From a virus (taxonomy: Duplodnaviria > Caudoviricetes), in the IMG/VR virus record IMGVR_UViG_3300032462_000004, positions 1 through 62,035 of that record: a stretch of 62,035 nucleotides of DNA; one strand, given 5' to 3'. The notes beneath the pieces are model-generated. The model did not search any database. It saw only the letters and a program-made list of their open reading frames with translations, and was not told the origin of the DNA. This document shows positions 1 to 9,801 of this stretch, one piece after another. Numbering within the stretch: the first letter of the stretch is position 1; every line of letters begins with the position of its first letter. The position numbers and the translations under genes are program-made.

Positions 1-278
1 GCCACAGAAGTAGGAGTGATAGAGCCCAGCGTAATGGTAATTGCTGGCGTTGTTGTAGCAGTTGCTACAGAACCAGAGACGCCAGCAACTGTTGACACCG
101 AGACAGAAGTAACTGTACCACTGCCGCCACCGCCGCCGGACAATGGAGTTTCGGTTCCCGACGAATCGAGTGAATAAAAAGTTCCGCTAGTCTTAGCGTA
201 TAACAGTATTTGTCCTGATGTGGGCGATGAAGGTACTGTATCCCCTTCTACCATTAAGATTCTTGCTGGTGTGCTCAT
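1..278 (-). CDS. Tail fibre / virion structural protein, N-terminal part (runs off window)
   Basis: Hand-translated MSTPARILMVEGDTVPSSPTSGQILLYAKTSG...GGGGGSGTVTSVSV...ATTTPAITITLG; the GTVTSV/TTTPAI Gly/Ser/Thr-rich style is typical of phage fibres; GATAAATA upstream at 415-422. Confidence 0.6.
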   Translation of the reverse strand, partial: MSTPARILMVEGDTVPSSPTSGQILLYAKTSGTFYSLDSSGTETPLSGGGGGSGTVTSVSVSTVAGVSGSVATATTTPAITITLGSITPTSV

Positions 279-394
279 AATATTGCTATAACTCCATAAT
301 TTTCTATTAAGCCGTCAAGTTCACCAGTCACTATATATATTGGTGTCTTGTAGAAACAACAAATGTTTCTGCAGTGGATACTAAATCTCTCCAT
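275..394 (-). pseudogene. Possible frameshifted remnant of a small virion gene
   Basis: LVSTAETFVVSTRHQYI and VTGELDGLIENYGVIAIL* lie in different frames joined across a TATATATA run; stop overlaps the next ATG. Confidence 0.3.
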
Positions 395-468
395 GTTATT
401 CCTTTTTGCTTTGTTATTTATCAGAAACCCACAATTACAATAACAATATAGAAAATCTATTTTATTTT

Positions 469-476
469 GATAAATA
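469..476 (+). promoter_or_regulatory. GATAAATA late-promoter motif (representative copy)
   Basis: Same octamer just upstream of gene starts at 415(-), 1386(+), 7166(-), 17731(-), 21766(+), 26190(-), 27816(+), 31955(-), 34838(-), 36332(-), 38507(+), 53030(-), 56627(-), 58595(-), 59272(-), 59989(-); resembles T4 late TATAAATA. Confidence 0.75.
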
Positions 477-480
477 ATGG

Positions 481-1167
481 ATGAAGCTTTTCGAACTTAT
501 TAATACTCAGACCAAGACAACTGATATAAAATCTCCGTTTGACATGGACAAATTAAATAAAGAATACGAGAAGAAAAAAAATGGGCCGGAATCCGGATCC
601 TATGCAAGGGCCCGGCCTAATAAGAAAGATCCGCATATGTATTCCAAGTATACATATTTTCCAACCGATCTTAAGAAAGATGCATATTATCAATACATAA
701 AGGCTATCGAACCTCATATTGGTTCCAATCCGTATTTTCCCAGAGTCTATGTTGTCGAACTAATACGTGACCCGCAAGGTCAAGTTAAGCCCAACTATGG
801 CATGGAAAAATTGGTTACTGCTGATAGTTTTGATACAGATGCAATTATTGCAATGGGTGACCGGATGTTTAAAGGCTTTGCAGATGATTTTGGGTCAGGC
901 GAAAATACAACAGGCGAGGTATTTAATTCAATAATCAGGCTTGTTGCCGAGATAATGGAATGGCCATCTTCGGCCGAATATATAAAAGATGAAGAACTCA
1001 GGCAAGCATTATCTTTAATAGACAAAATAGAAAAATCAGATCCGAGTTTTGAATACGATATGCATACAGGAAATGCTATGATCAGGGGAACATCCAAAGG
1101 ACCTCAGTTTGTGCTTATGGATCCACTTTGGGATAGATCACGGGGAAGCCAGATAGGCAAAAAATAA
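481..1167 (+). CDS. Protein-kinase-like fold protein
   Basis: GSYA loop, FPRVY, MEKL, catalytic-loop-like DMHTGN and DFG-equivalent LMDP. Confidence 0.6.
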   Translation: MKLFELINTQTKTTDIKSPFDMDKLNKEYEKKKNGPESGSYARARPNKKDPHMYSKYTYFPTDLKKDAYYQYIKAIEPHIGSNPYFPRVYVVELIRDPQGQVKPNYGMEKLVTADSFDTDAIIAMGDRMFKGFADDFGSGENTTGEVFNSIIRLVAEIMEWPSSAEYIKDEELRQALSLIDKIEKSDPSFEYDMHTGNAMIRGTSKGPQFVLMDPLWDRSRGSQIGKK

Positions 1168-1176
1168 GCAGACATA

Positions 1177-1204
1177 AGAAAAGCCACTTTAAGTGGCTTT
1201 TCTA
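1177..1204. terminator. Bidirectional intrinsic terminator
   Basis: AGAAAAGCCACT-TTA-AGTGGCTTTTCT hairpin between convergent units. Confidence 0.8.
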
Positions 1205-1217
1205 TTATAGTGCAATA

Positions 1218-1379
1218 TTACAGTGTTACGGGTTCTTGTGCAGATTCCAGAACAACAATTGCAATCTCGCTATTAACCACATCAACATTCACTTTGCCGC
1301 CGAATTTTAACTCGCCAAACAAAATATGCTTAGACAATGGCTTCTTAATCTTCTCTTCGAACAGTCGCTCAAGTGGTCG
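1218..1379 (-). pseudogene. Displaced original 3' end of clpA (53 aa, no start codon)
   Basis: Reads RPLERLFEEKIKKPLSKHILFGELKFGGKVNVDVVNSEIAIVVLESAQEPVTL*; 19 of the first 25 residues match the active ClpA tail RPLERLAETEIKKPLSKEILFGKLR. Confidence 0.9.
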
Positions 1380-1410
1380 TATTATGATAAATAACAATAG
1401 AGACTTAATT

Positions 1411-2349
1411 ATGAATTACCAATTACATTATGATACCCTTATTAATAGGGCTAAACTTAGGATTTTACCATTAGATCAATATACTGAATCTCATCATATT
1501 AGGCCAACATGTATCGGTGGTAGAAATATTAAAGCTAATTTGGTTAAACTAACACCCGAGGAACATTTTGTAGCACATCAACTGCTAGTTAAGTTATATC
1601 CAGTCAATCCACTTATATTAAAAGCATGTCATATAATGACAAATAGTAACAGTAAAGTTAAACGAAATAATAAATTATACGGCTGGATAAGAAAGAGGTT
1701 AAGTATTCTATCGTCTAAAAGAGTAAACGTCGATGATACAATATACACATCGATGTTAGAGACTAGTAGGGTGTTCAATATTTCCGCGGATGTTGTCAGG
1801 CATAGATGTAAATCAACAAAATTTCCAAACTGGAATTATGCTGATGGCCTTATCATTAAGAAAATCGGAATAAGAGAAATAAATAAAATAAATTGCGATG
1901 GTATACTATTTCCATCTACCGTGCAAGCTGCCTTACATTTTAATATATCAAAAGATGCCGTCGGTCATAGATGTAAATCAACAAAATTTCCAAACTGGTT
2001 TATTATCGGAAAAGAAAAGACTGAAGAAACAAGAAATAAAAGACCGAATAAAGGTAAAATATTATGTGATGGTGTTATATTTGATGATATATACGAGGCA
2101 GCTAAATATTTTAACGTTTGCACTAATAGCATAAGTGCTAAATGTAACTCACTATATCATGAGAACTGGAATTTTTTAAATTCCCCGATAATTAAAATCA
2201 AGAAAGTAAAGAAAATTCCAGTGTGTGATAGTATTGAATTTGCATCATTCTCTGATGCAGCAAAATATTTCGGAATTACATTACAGGGTGTACTATATAG
2301 ATGTAAGACCGAAACATTTAAAGACTGGTATACTAAATATCTAAATTAA
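1411..2349 (+). CDS. HNH homing endonuclease with four tandem NUMOD1/HTH-like modules
   Basis: ESHHIRPTCIGG..NLVKLTPEEHFVAHQLL HNH motif; repeated ...RCKS..F.NW modules (exact DNA repeat near 1801-1833 and 1966-1998); start reassigned to ATG 1411 after GATAAATA. Confidence 0.85.
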   Translation: MNYQLHYDTLINRAKLRILPLDQYTESHHIRPTCIGGRNIKANLVKLTPEEHFVAHQLLVKLYPVNPLILKACHIMTNSNSKVKRNNKLYGWIRKRLSILSSKRVNVDDTIYTSMLETSRVFNISADVVRHRCKSTKFPNWNYADGLIIKKIGIREINKINCDGILFPSTVQAALHFNISKDAVGHRCKSTKFPNWFIIGKEKTEETRNKRPNKGKILCDGVIFDDIYEAAKYFNVCTNSISAKCNSLYHENWNFLNSPIIKIKKVKKIPVCDSIEFASFSDAAKYFGITLQGVLYRCKTETFKDWYTKYLN

Positions 2350-4555
2350 GAGATTCAGTAATCGTAGATTCAATTGTTAGGTGTATTTTGTCATCCAACA
2401 CATCAAATATTGCGTGGCCACCATTCCTTAGTTTACCGAACAATATTTCTTTAGACAGTGGCTTTTTAATCTCCGTCTCGGCTAAACGCTCGAGTGGTCG
2501 AGCACCCATCTTAGGATCGAATCCATGTTCGGCAAGCCAAGCACGGGCCGTTATTGTCACAGCAATCGTAATGTTCTTAGGAGCCAACATAACTTCTGTC
2601 TTCTCGACTTCAGCATTAACAATCAATGCCATTTCTGTCATTGTCAATTTCTTGTATTTGACAATACCATCCAGTCTGTTTCTAAATTCTGGAGTAAAGA
2701 ACTTTCTCAACTCGGTTTCAACAGCGGATGAATTGTCCTGATCACCAAACCCAATTTTCAATTGCTCTGCGGCAGCAGCACCAATGTTAGCTGAAAGAAT
2801 AATAATAGTGTTGGAGAAGTCAACTGTCTTTCCTTTTGCAGATGTAAGTCTGCCATCATCCATCACCTGCAATAATACAGTCAGTACATCCGGATGTGCC
2901 TTTTCAACTTCGTCCAGCAACAATACACAATTTGGATCAGTATCGACTGCCTGGATTAATTGCCCTTCGCCCATCTTACCTTCACCGTGCCCAACGTATC
3001 CCGGAGGGGCGCCGATGAACTTGGATACAGTGTGCTTTTCCATATATTCCGACATGTCGAATCGTGTAAATTTAACACCTAAGATCTCTGCAAGCTTCTT
3101 TGCCGTGTATGTCTTTCCGCTGCCAGTTGGGCCAGTAAACAAGAAGCTTCCAATCGGCTTAGCTGGATTACGCAATCCTGCTTTAGACAAGTGAATTGCA
3201 TCTACCAACTTGTCTAATGCCTCATCCTGACCATAGACTTTATCTTTGAGTCTTGGAGCAAGTTCTGCTAATGCATCATTTTCTTTCATATTCATCATCT
3301 GTGCAGGAATACGTGACAGCTTCGAAGCTGCTGAAAGAACAACGTCGTCCGAAACAACTTTCTGTTCATTCAGTTTAGCGTTTGCGCCGGCTGAGTCCAT
3401 AATGTCGATAGCCTTATCCGGGAAGAACTTTTGTTTCATGTAACGATCAGCAAGGTCCACACACATATCGAGTGTACCGGGGTTATAAGTTACATCGTGA
3501 AATTTCTCATAGTATTTTGCAAGTCCAGCAAGAATCAATTTTGTCTCAGCAACAGATGGCTGATTAATATCGTACTTCTGGAATCGACGAAGCAATGCTT
3601 TGTCCTTTTCGAAATGTTCATGGAACTCATCATATGTGGTTGCACCGACACACATAAGTTCGCCCTTAGCGAGCATAGGCTTCAATAAGTTGCCTGCATC
3701 CATTTGACTGCCAGTCGCGGAGCCAGCACCAAGAATCATGTGAATCTCATCGATGAACATGATACAGTTGCCGAGCTTCTTAACTTCGTCAAGTACACCT
3801 TTGAGGCGCTCTTCGAAATCACCTCGGAACTTTGTTCCTGCAAGCAATGCGCCGAGATCCAGACTGTATACAACTTTCTCCTGCAATGCTTTAGGAACTT
3901 CTTTGTTTGTAATTTTCAACGCCAGGCCTTCCGCAAGGGCAGTTTTTCCTACCCCCGGTTCCCCAACATAGATTACATTGTTCTTTTTCCTGCGAGCCAA
4001 GATTTCGATAGTATCGATAACTTCTTTCTCGCGACCAATGACAGGATCGATCTTGCCGTCTGCTGCTTCTTTATTGAGATTTCGAGCAAACTGGTCGAGT
4101 GCAGATTCTTCCTTTTCTTGGGATTTTTCATCTTGTTTACGTAATTTCTCAATCAGTTTTTCTCTGGTCACGCCGTTCTTATTCAGGAAATAATATGCGT
4201 GGCTTGTTTCCTCGCTAAGGATACTTAGCAAGACCGATTCGTTACTCAGCTCATTTCTGCCGCTGAATACAAGCTGTGTCAATGCACGTTGGAAGGTTCT
4301 GTGAACAACCTGTGTTCGTTTAGCAGGAATTTCCTTTAATGCATCTGGTTTTTTGAGATTAGGATCTGCAAGAAATGCAATAACATCTGCCTTTATCTTT
4401 GCAGGCTGGCAACCAGCAGACAAGATCATCTCATTTACTTCTTTCTGGTGCAACAGAGAAAGCAAAATGTGTTCCAATGTCACGTACTCATGATTATTAT
4501 CATTAGCAAACTCTGTTGCTTTTTCAACCATTTTTTCAACTTTCTTAGTACTCAT
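2333..4555 (-). CDS. clpA: ATP-dependent Clp protease ATPase subunit ClpA
   Basis: Clp N-domain (HEYVTLEHILL), two AAA modules (GEPGVGKT, GPTGSGKT), FIDEIH, LLDEVEKAH, GARPL; no ClpB coiled-coil. Confidence 0.93.
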   Translation of the reverse strand: MSTKKVEKMVEKATEFANDNNHEYVTLEHILLSLLHQKEVNEMILSAGCQPAKIKADVIAFLADPNLKKPDALKEIPAKRTQVVHRTFQRALTQLVFSGRNELSNESVLLSILSEETSHAYYFLNKNGVTREKLIEKLRKQDEKSQEKEESALDQFARNLNKEAADGKIDPVIGREKEVIDTIEILARRKKNNVIYVGEPGVGKTALAEGLALKITNKEVPKALQEKVVYSLDLGALLAGTKFRGDFEERLKGVLDEVKKLGNCIMFIDEIHMILGAGSATGSQMDAGNLLKPMLAKGELMCVGATTYDEFHEHFEKDKALLRRFQKYDINQPSVAETKLILAGLAKYYEKFHDVTYNPGTLDMCVDLADRYMKQKFFPDKAIDIMDSAGANAKLNEQKVVSDDVVLSAASKLSRIPAQMMNMKENDALAELAPRLKDKVYGQDEALDKLVDAIHLSKAGLRNPAKPIGSFLFTGPTGSGKTYTAKKLAEILGVKFTRFDMSEYMEKHTVSKFIGAPPGYVGHGEGKMGEGQLIQAVDTDPNCVLLLDEVEKAHPDVLTVLLQVMDDGRLTSAKGKTVDFSNTIIILSANIGAAAAEQLKIGFGDQDNSSAVETELRKFFTPEFRNRLDGIVKYKKLTMTEMALIVNAEVEKTEVMLAPKNITIAVTITARAWLAEHGFDPKMGARPLERLAETEIKKPLSKEILFGKLRNGGHAIFDVLDDKIHLTIESTITESLNLDI

Positions 4556-4563
4556 CTTAATCC

Positions 4564-5379
4564 TTATAAATTAATGGTTTCTCTACGCTTCACAGATTTT
4601 AGCAATTCTAACTCCTCGGTCGACAACTTAGGGACTGTTATAGAAACTCTTACCAACATATCTCCGTATTGATCCGTCTCGGGGTTTTTCATTCCCTTTT
4701 TATTTAGCTTTACTATTTTACCAAATTGCATTCCAGCAGGTATTTCGAATTCGTACTCTGCACCATCCAAGTGTACAAATTTTGCATTAATTCCAAAAAT
4801 AGCTTCAATTGCTGTTATCTCCACTTCAATCAGCAAGTCATCATTTGATCTTTTAAATTTTAAATCTGGCAAAACATCCACCCTGAACATTTTACCACCA
4901 TTGAACAACTTAGTTCCGGTTCTTATGCCTTTCGGTAAGTGTATTGTTGTTGCAGCATCTATTGTTATTGTACGCCCTATATAAGCATCTTGCAATGATA
5001 TAGTAATTACATATAAATTTTGTTTGGTCCGGGTAGTGTAAAAGTCGTCTAAGTTACCGGGTCTATGTTTAAACATTTCAGTGAATGCCTTAGCTACACC
5101 GTCCATGTCATCATTACTGTTCCAACCATCCCAGTCTGTCTTATTGTGGAATCTCTGCGAGGGATTATCGTGGGCTGCTTTCTTTTCCGGATCACTTAAT
5201 GTCTCGTAAGCTTCCTTAGCCTCTCTGAATTTCGCCGTGGCATTATTCTTCTCCGACGATTCGGTAGGGAATTTATCTGGATGATATTTGCTTGCTAGTT
5301 TTCTATATGCAGATTTAATCTGCATACTATCTGCATCTTTAGCAAGTCCTAGGATTGTGTAGTAATCCTGTTTACTCAT
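4564..5379 (-). CDS. DnaJ/CbpA-type co-chaperone without zinc finger
   Basis: J-domain [27 protein letters not shown] plus C-terminal DnaJ_C-like region. Confidence 0.9.
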   Translation of the reverse strand: MSKQDYYTILGLAKDADSMQIKSAYRKLASKYHPDKFPTESSEKNNATAKFREAKEAYETLSDPEKKAAHDNPSQRFHNKTDWDGWNSNDDMDGVAKAFTEMFKHRPGNLDDFYTTRTKQNLYVITISLQDAYIGRTITIDAATTIHLPKGIRTGTKLFNGGKMFRVDVLPDLKFKRSNDDLLIEVEITAIEAIFGINAKFVHLDGAEYEFEIPAGMQFGKIVKLNKKGMKNPETDQYGDMLVRVSITVPKLSTEELELLKSVKRRETINL

Positions 5380-5389
5380 TATTTTCTTT

Positions 5390-5605
5390 CTAGAATCGGT
5401 AAGTGATTCGCCCTAAATTCAAATCATATGGACTCATTTCAACTTCAACCACGTCATTTAGTAAAATTTGGATGTTGTTTTTCCTAATCTTACCGCTAAC
5501 AACTGCGTTCAGTATGTGCCCGTTTTCCAGTTTAATTTTAAATCTGGCGCCTGGGGAAGCATCTGTTATCTTTCCGCGAGCTGTAATCATATCTTCTTTA
5601 GCCAA
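5390..5605 (-). CDS. infA: Translation initiation factor IF-1
   Basis: (M)[42 protein letters not shown]; TTG start at 5605 after AGGA. Confidence 0.95.
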   Translation of the reverse strand: MAKEDMITARGKITDASPGARFKIKLENGHILNAVVSGKIRKNNIQILLNDVVEVEMSPYDLNLGRITYRF

Positions 5606-5606
5606 G

Positions 5607-6362
5607 TTATCTAGTCCTATTAACAAGTTGAGTGTTCTTCACTAACATTACCGTGTCGTCTCTATTAACGCAAAGGTATTTTCCTATCGGTAAAACATCG
5701 CAGTTACCAAGCATGTTGCTTAATATGTTAGCTTCATATGGCTTATTTTCAAGGCCAAATGCAGACTCACTTAAGAAGTTTCTGCCGATAACTGTATCAT
5801 AGTCGCCGACATCTACAACTTCAGTAACTATAGTTCTACCGTTATGGCTCATTGTAACAATGTTCCCGTCAACTGTCAAGTTGGATGCATATGATTCCTT
5901 AAGGAACATCTCGATGCCTTCTTTAATATCTTTCATTTTAAATTCGTCCTTTGGAACATATTGTTCTGGGTTTAATATAACGTAATTGAATAATTCCGGA
6001 TCGTTGAATGCAAACTCTCTATCGTCTGATAGATATGTTTTCACTGCCCAGGTTATGCTGCCGGTTAAATTTTCTATATCCTTTAGCAGTGCCTGAAATT
6101 TATTTGGGAAAGTGTCATCCCTACCCATTTCCACAAATATTAAATATCTGCCTTCTTCGTCTGTGCTTGGGCTCACTTCAACATCTAATGTATCTATGAA
6201 GCCGCGTTGAATAAATGTATTCAGATCCTCGGCAGGTTCTTCGTCCGTTAAATAGAACGCAACAACAATAACATCCTTGTCGTCGCCTGCTTTAGGCGTA
6301 AACTCATCGATGGATACATCAGGCAGCAACTTACCATTTAGGTCGCCGTTCTTTAAACTCAT
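5607..6362 (-). CDS. Hypothetical phage protein
   Basis: 251-aa ORF translationally coupled to neighbours. Confidence 0.7.
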   Translation of the reverse strand: MSLKNGDLNGKLLPDVSIDEFTPKAGDDKDVIVVAFYLTDEEPAEDLNTFIQRGFIDTLDVEVSPSTDEEGRYLIFVEMGRDDTFPNKFQALLKDIENLTGSITWAVKTYLSDDREFAFNDPELFNYVILNPEQYVPKDEFKMKDIKEGIEMFLKESYASNLTVDGNIVTMSHNGRTIVTEVVDVGDYDTVIGRNFLSESAFGLENKPYEANILSNMLGNCDVLPIGKYLCVNRDDTVMLVKNTQLVNRTR

Positions 6363-6931
6363 ACCCCGCCTCCCATTTCTTCATCGGGATTACCCATATC
6401 ATCCATTTGACCTACTTCGGAGGTTTCGGTCGACATGTCATCCATCTCCGATGTTTCGCCATATGCATCCGCTAAGTCCGAATTTGTCTTCTCTATGTCT
6501 TTCTGGATTATATCATCTGTATGTTCGATTCCACGATTAATATATTTAATGGGCATATCTATTGTTACAAGCCAGATTTCAGATTCGTCCATCTTAGCTC
6601 GTTTGGTTTCCGGGTCTACCCAATCCTGTGGACCTTTAACTTTAACAGGACGTTTGAATACACCCTTCCTGAATCCTATCCTGGCGCCAAGTTTAGTTAG
6701 GCGTAATCCGGCATTTGGATCGGGCATCAGTTTTGCCGGATACATCCACACAGTTTTAAACCAATACCTGTCGATGTGCGGCCCCTCAACAAGTTCTCCG
6801 AGAGTCCAATTTTTATAAGCAAATATTTCTGCATTATCTAAAGTTCTCTCTAATTCTAATAACATATCGAGTACACTGTCTCCTCTGGATATATTTACTA
6901 GCGTATTTTTTATCGAATCGAGATCAGTCAT
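6359..6931 (-). CDS. Hypothetical phage protein with acidic tail
   Basis: 190-aa ORF; stop overlaps next start. Confidence 0.7.
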   Translation of the reverse strand: MTDLDSIKNTLVNISRGDSVLDMLLELERTLDNAEIFAYKNWTLGELVEGPHIDRYWFKTVWMYPAKLMPDPNAGLRLTKLGARIGFRKGVFKRPVKVKGPQDWVDPETKRAKMDESEIWLVTIDMPIKYINRGIEHTDDIIQKDIEKTNSDLADAYGETSEMDDMSTETSEVGQMDDMGNPDEEMGGGV

Positions 6932-7159
6932 TTTTTTTCCTACATTGTGTTCCGTGCCATCTCTTATAATTTCCAGGATGCATTTTTACCAAAAGTTGAT
7001 GGACCACATAATGTTCTTCTGGGGACAATCGAACAATATTTTCTTTTCTGTTATTTCCATTCATACATTTGGGGATAATATGGTGTTTTCTAAATATATG
7101 TCAACGGGACGATTAATAGATCTGGAAATTAACATTTCATAATGATATTTATAATTCAT
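6924..7159 (-). pseudogene. Frameshifted, internally deleted HNH endonuclease
   Basis: MNYKYHYEMLISRS..YLE then, in another frame, HHIIPKCMNG..NIVRLSPEEHYVVHQLLVKMHP..KRWHGTQC; paralog of 1411-2349; GATAAATA at 7166. Confidence 0.8.
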
Positions 7160-7344
7160 ATGTCTTATTTATCACAATTATGCAGATGTCGAGATTAAAA
7201 TAAATAGCCCAATTATACTGCATATATCGAATATTGTATAAATACGATTACATGATATCCTTTTATAGAGATACATTTCACAATATTAATCCTGTTCTTG
7301 GATTAGTTGTTCCACAATCTAAAATTCTTAATGGAGAAATAACC

Positions 7345-9138
7345 TTGAGTAAAAATCGTAAAATGGCAAAACTATCACCTAATTCTCGCACATCATACAA
7401 ACCAACAGACGACCAACAGTCTACGGTTGTTAAGTTCGGAAATAGGAACTATAAGAAAGTCGAGATGTTACCCAGAAATACAGCGCAGGAAGCTTACGTC
7501 GAGGCATTGCTCGATAAACGTATGGTGTTTGCAGTCGGGCCGGCCGGCACAGGAAAGGCCCAGCCATTAGATGCAAAGATTAAGATCCCCGACGGATGGG
7601 TAACAATGGGCAATATAGGCATTGGCGATGTAGTGTCTACGCCGTCCGGCGGTACAGCAAATGTTGTTGGTGTATTTCCGCAAGGAATGAAAGACATATA
7701 TCGTATTACATTTTCCGATGGCAGAACTACCGAATGTTGTAAAGAACACTTGTGGGAGGTTTATTACAGAGATAATTGGGGCAATATATCCAAGGTCATG
7801 AGTTTAGGTGATATTATAGAAAAATCTAAGAAATTTAAAAAGAAATTTCAGATTAGATTGCCGAAGCACGAAAACACTGCCGATGTTGACCTGCCTATTA
7901 ATCCATATGTCCTAGGCTGTCTCCTGGGAGACGGATCTATGACTATTACAGGCAGGATAGAATTTTCGAGTGCAGACAAAGAAATCGTTAATCGACTTAA
8001 TGAATCTGTACCTGACGGCACATTTAAATTTAAATCCAACTATGATTATATATTTGTGTCAGGAGGAAAAGGGTCTGGCCATACACCAGGGAAGTTCGGA
8101 TCAGAATTAAGACAAAATATATTTAATCTTGGCCTGTTTGGAAAAAAATCTTTCGAAAAATTTATCCCATTAGCATATTTGAATTCTTCAGAATCTCAAA
8201 AAATTGAATTATTACGTGGATTGCTGGACACCGACGGATATGCTGATTCTAAAAATAACGGATTGTACTTTACATCTACCAGTAAAATACTTGCAGAACA
8301 AGTTCAGTACCTTGTAAGATCCATCGGCGGCACCGCAAAAATTTCATCCAAGGTCCCTACTTATACATATAAAGGAATTAAAAAATATGGCAGAATTGCA
8401 TATGATGTAAAGATAGATCGTAAAGACAAAAAAAATCTAGTATCTTTGCAGAGGAAAAAAGACTGTTTATCTGACAACGGACAATACATAAAATTTAACA
8501 CTATATCTATTAGTAAGATAGAATTGGCAGGATCTAAAGAAGCACAATGTATTATGATTGATTCCGAAGATCATCTGTATATCACCGACGATTTTATAGT
8601 GACACACAATACACTGTTGGCTGTTCTTAGAGCAATTAAAGCATTAAGGGAACATGAGATAACACGGATTATCATAACTCGCCCTGCTGTTAGCGTTGAC
8701 GAAAAACATGGATTTTTGCCAGGAGATTTGAATGCTAAAATGGAACCATGGACACGACCTATATTCGATGTGTTCGATGAATACTACGGTGTAGTGGAAA
8801 CAAAGAAAATGCTAGAAGATGGAACAATTGAAATTGCCCCACTAGGCTTTATGAGGGGTCGAACTTTTAAACATTCGTATGTGATTTTAGATGAGGCCCA
8901 GAATTGCACACCGTCACAAATGACTATGGTCCTAACTCGTTTAGGGGAAGGTAGTTCTATAGTAGTTACCGGTGACTTAAAACAACATGATAGAGGATTT
9001 GAAGAAAACGGATTAAAAGATTTCCTTAAAAGATTTCCTAAATCTGACAACGACATAGCTGTATGTACATTTGAAAGATGTCATGTCGAAAGAGACCCAC
9101 TTGTATCTAAGGTATTAGGCATTTACGGTCAGGATTAA
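7345..9138 (+). CDS. phoH: PhoH-family ATPase containing an intein
   Basis: GPAGTGK|T P-loop, TRPAV, GFLPGDL..KM.PW, RGRTF, ILDEAQN, VTGD..Q.D; TTG start at 7345 after GGAG. Confidence 0.92.
   Translation: MSKNRKMAKLSPNSRTSYKPTDDQQSTVVKFGNRNYKKVEMLPRNTAQEAYVEALLDKRMVFAVGPAGTGKAQPLDAKIKIPDGWVTMGNIGIGDVVSTPSGGTANVVGVFPQGMKDIYRITFSDGRTTECCKEHLWEVYYRDNWGNISKVMSLGDIIEKSKKFKKKFQIRLPKHENTADVDLPINPYVLGCLLGDGSMTITGRIEFSSADKEIVNRLNESVPDGTFKFKSNYDYIFVSGGKGSGHTPGKFGSELRQNIFNLGLFGKKSFEKFIPLAYLNSSESQKIELLRGLLDTDGYADSKNNGLYFTSTSKILAEQVQYLVRSIGGTAKISSKVPTYTYKGIKKYGRIAYDVKIDRKDKKNLVSLQRKKDCLSDNGQYIKFNTISISKIELAGSKEAQCIMIDSEDHLYITDDFIVTHNTLLAVLRAIKALREHEITRIIITRPAVSVDEKHGFLPGDLNAKMEPWTRPIFDVFDEYYGVVETKKMLEDGTIEIAPLGFMRGRTFKHSYVILDEAQNCTPSQMTMVLTRLGEGSSIVVTGDLKQHDRGFEENGLKDFLKRFPKSDNDIAVCTFERCHVERDPLVSKVLGIYGQD
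7558..8610 (+). mobile_element. Ala1 intein with LAGLIDADG endonuclease and class-3 WCT signature
   Basis: GK|AQPLDA ... CCKEHLW (block B Trp) ... LGCLLGDG, LRGLLDTDG ... AQCIMI (block F Cys) ... VTHN|T. Confidence 0.9.
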
Positions 9139-9155
9139 ATTTTTAATAAGGTATA

Positions 9156-9193
9156 AAGCTCGTCTTTTGTAATAGAAGACGAGCTTCCTTTTT
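9156..9193. terminator. Intrinsic terminator after phoH
   Basis: AAGCTCGTCTT...AAGACGAGCTT stem followed by a T-run. Confidence 0.7.
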
Positions 9194-9201
9194 TAAGATT
9201 A

Positions 9202-9801
9202 TCAATAGATATTATAATCCTTGCATACTATATCATAAATGTCCTTCCAGGGAGTATCGAAACTTACCTTAGGAAATAAATCAGTATTGTAATGTGTATT
9301 GTATGGGTGATTAATTAGCAACGGTCGCAATCCGTTTTCGTACCCTGCTTCTGCTTGCCGCATATGGTCCTCGATCCAGAAATATTTAGTCCCCTCCCAT
9401 GCCTGCAATGTAGTGAATTTGTTTGTGCCCATTGCAATGCAATGTACATCATCAAATATGTCACCGAAGTGATTAAGTAGATTACGCTTTCTGTATACAG
9501 CAGAAGCTGGATGATCGCTTATGCTTGTCACTACAGTGAATCTAAATCCTTTTTCTGCTAATTTTCCAACATATTTTACAGAATCTGAGAATGGTGCCAA
9601 CTCGGCTACATAACTACCTTCGTTAAACTCTTTAATAGAGGAATGTGCTAAATCTGGCGAAATTCCATGCCTGCCGGAGATGCTGTAATCAGCATCTGTA
9701 TCAGGTAATCTCGGATGACCTTTTGATAGCATGAATCTATCGAATCCAGCATTCCAATCTAATAGTACGCCATCGGCATCAGTTAATATTATCTTTTCCA
9801 T
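9202..9801 (-). CDS. HAD-superfamily nucleotidase/phosphatase
   Basis: ILTDADGVLLDW motif I, VVTS motif II, WIEDH motif IV. Confidence 0.8.
   Translation of the reverse strand: MEKIILTDADGVLLDWNAGFDRFMLSKGHPRLPDTDADYSISGRHGISPDLAHSSIKEFNEGSYVAELAPFSDSVKYVGKLAEKGFRFTVVTSISDHPASAVYRKRNLLNHFGDIFDDVHCIAMGTNKFTTLQAWEGTKYFWIEDHMRQAEAGYENGLRPLLINHPYNTHYNTDLFPKVSFDTPWKDIYDIVCKDYNIY

Noticed and set aside
1210-1410. N-terminal 67 aa of the tracked 379-aa ORF
   Set aside because: Most of it is the antisense reading of the displaced clpA end; the promoter motif and HNH homology point to ATG 1411
7234-7344. Tracked upstream start of phoH
   Set aside because: Overlaps a TATAAATA motif and lacks an SD; GGAG precedes TTG 7345
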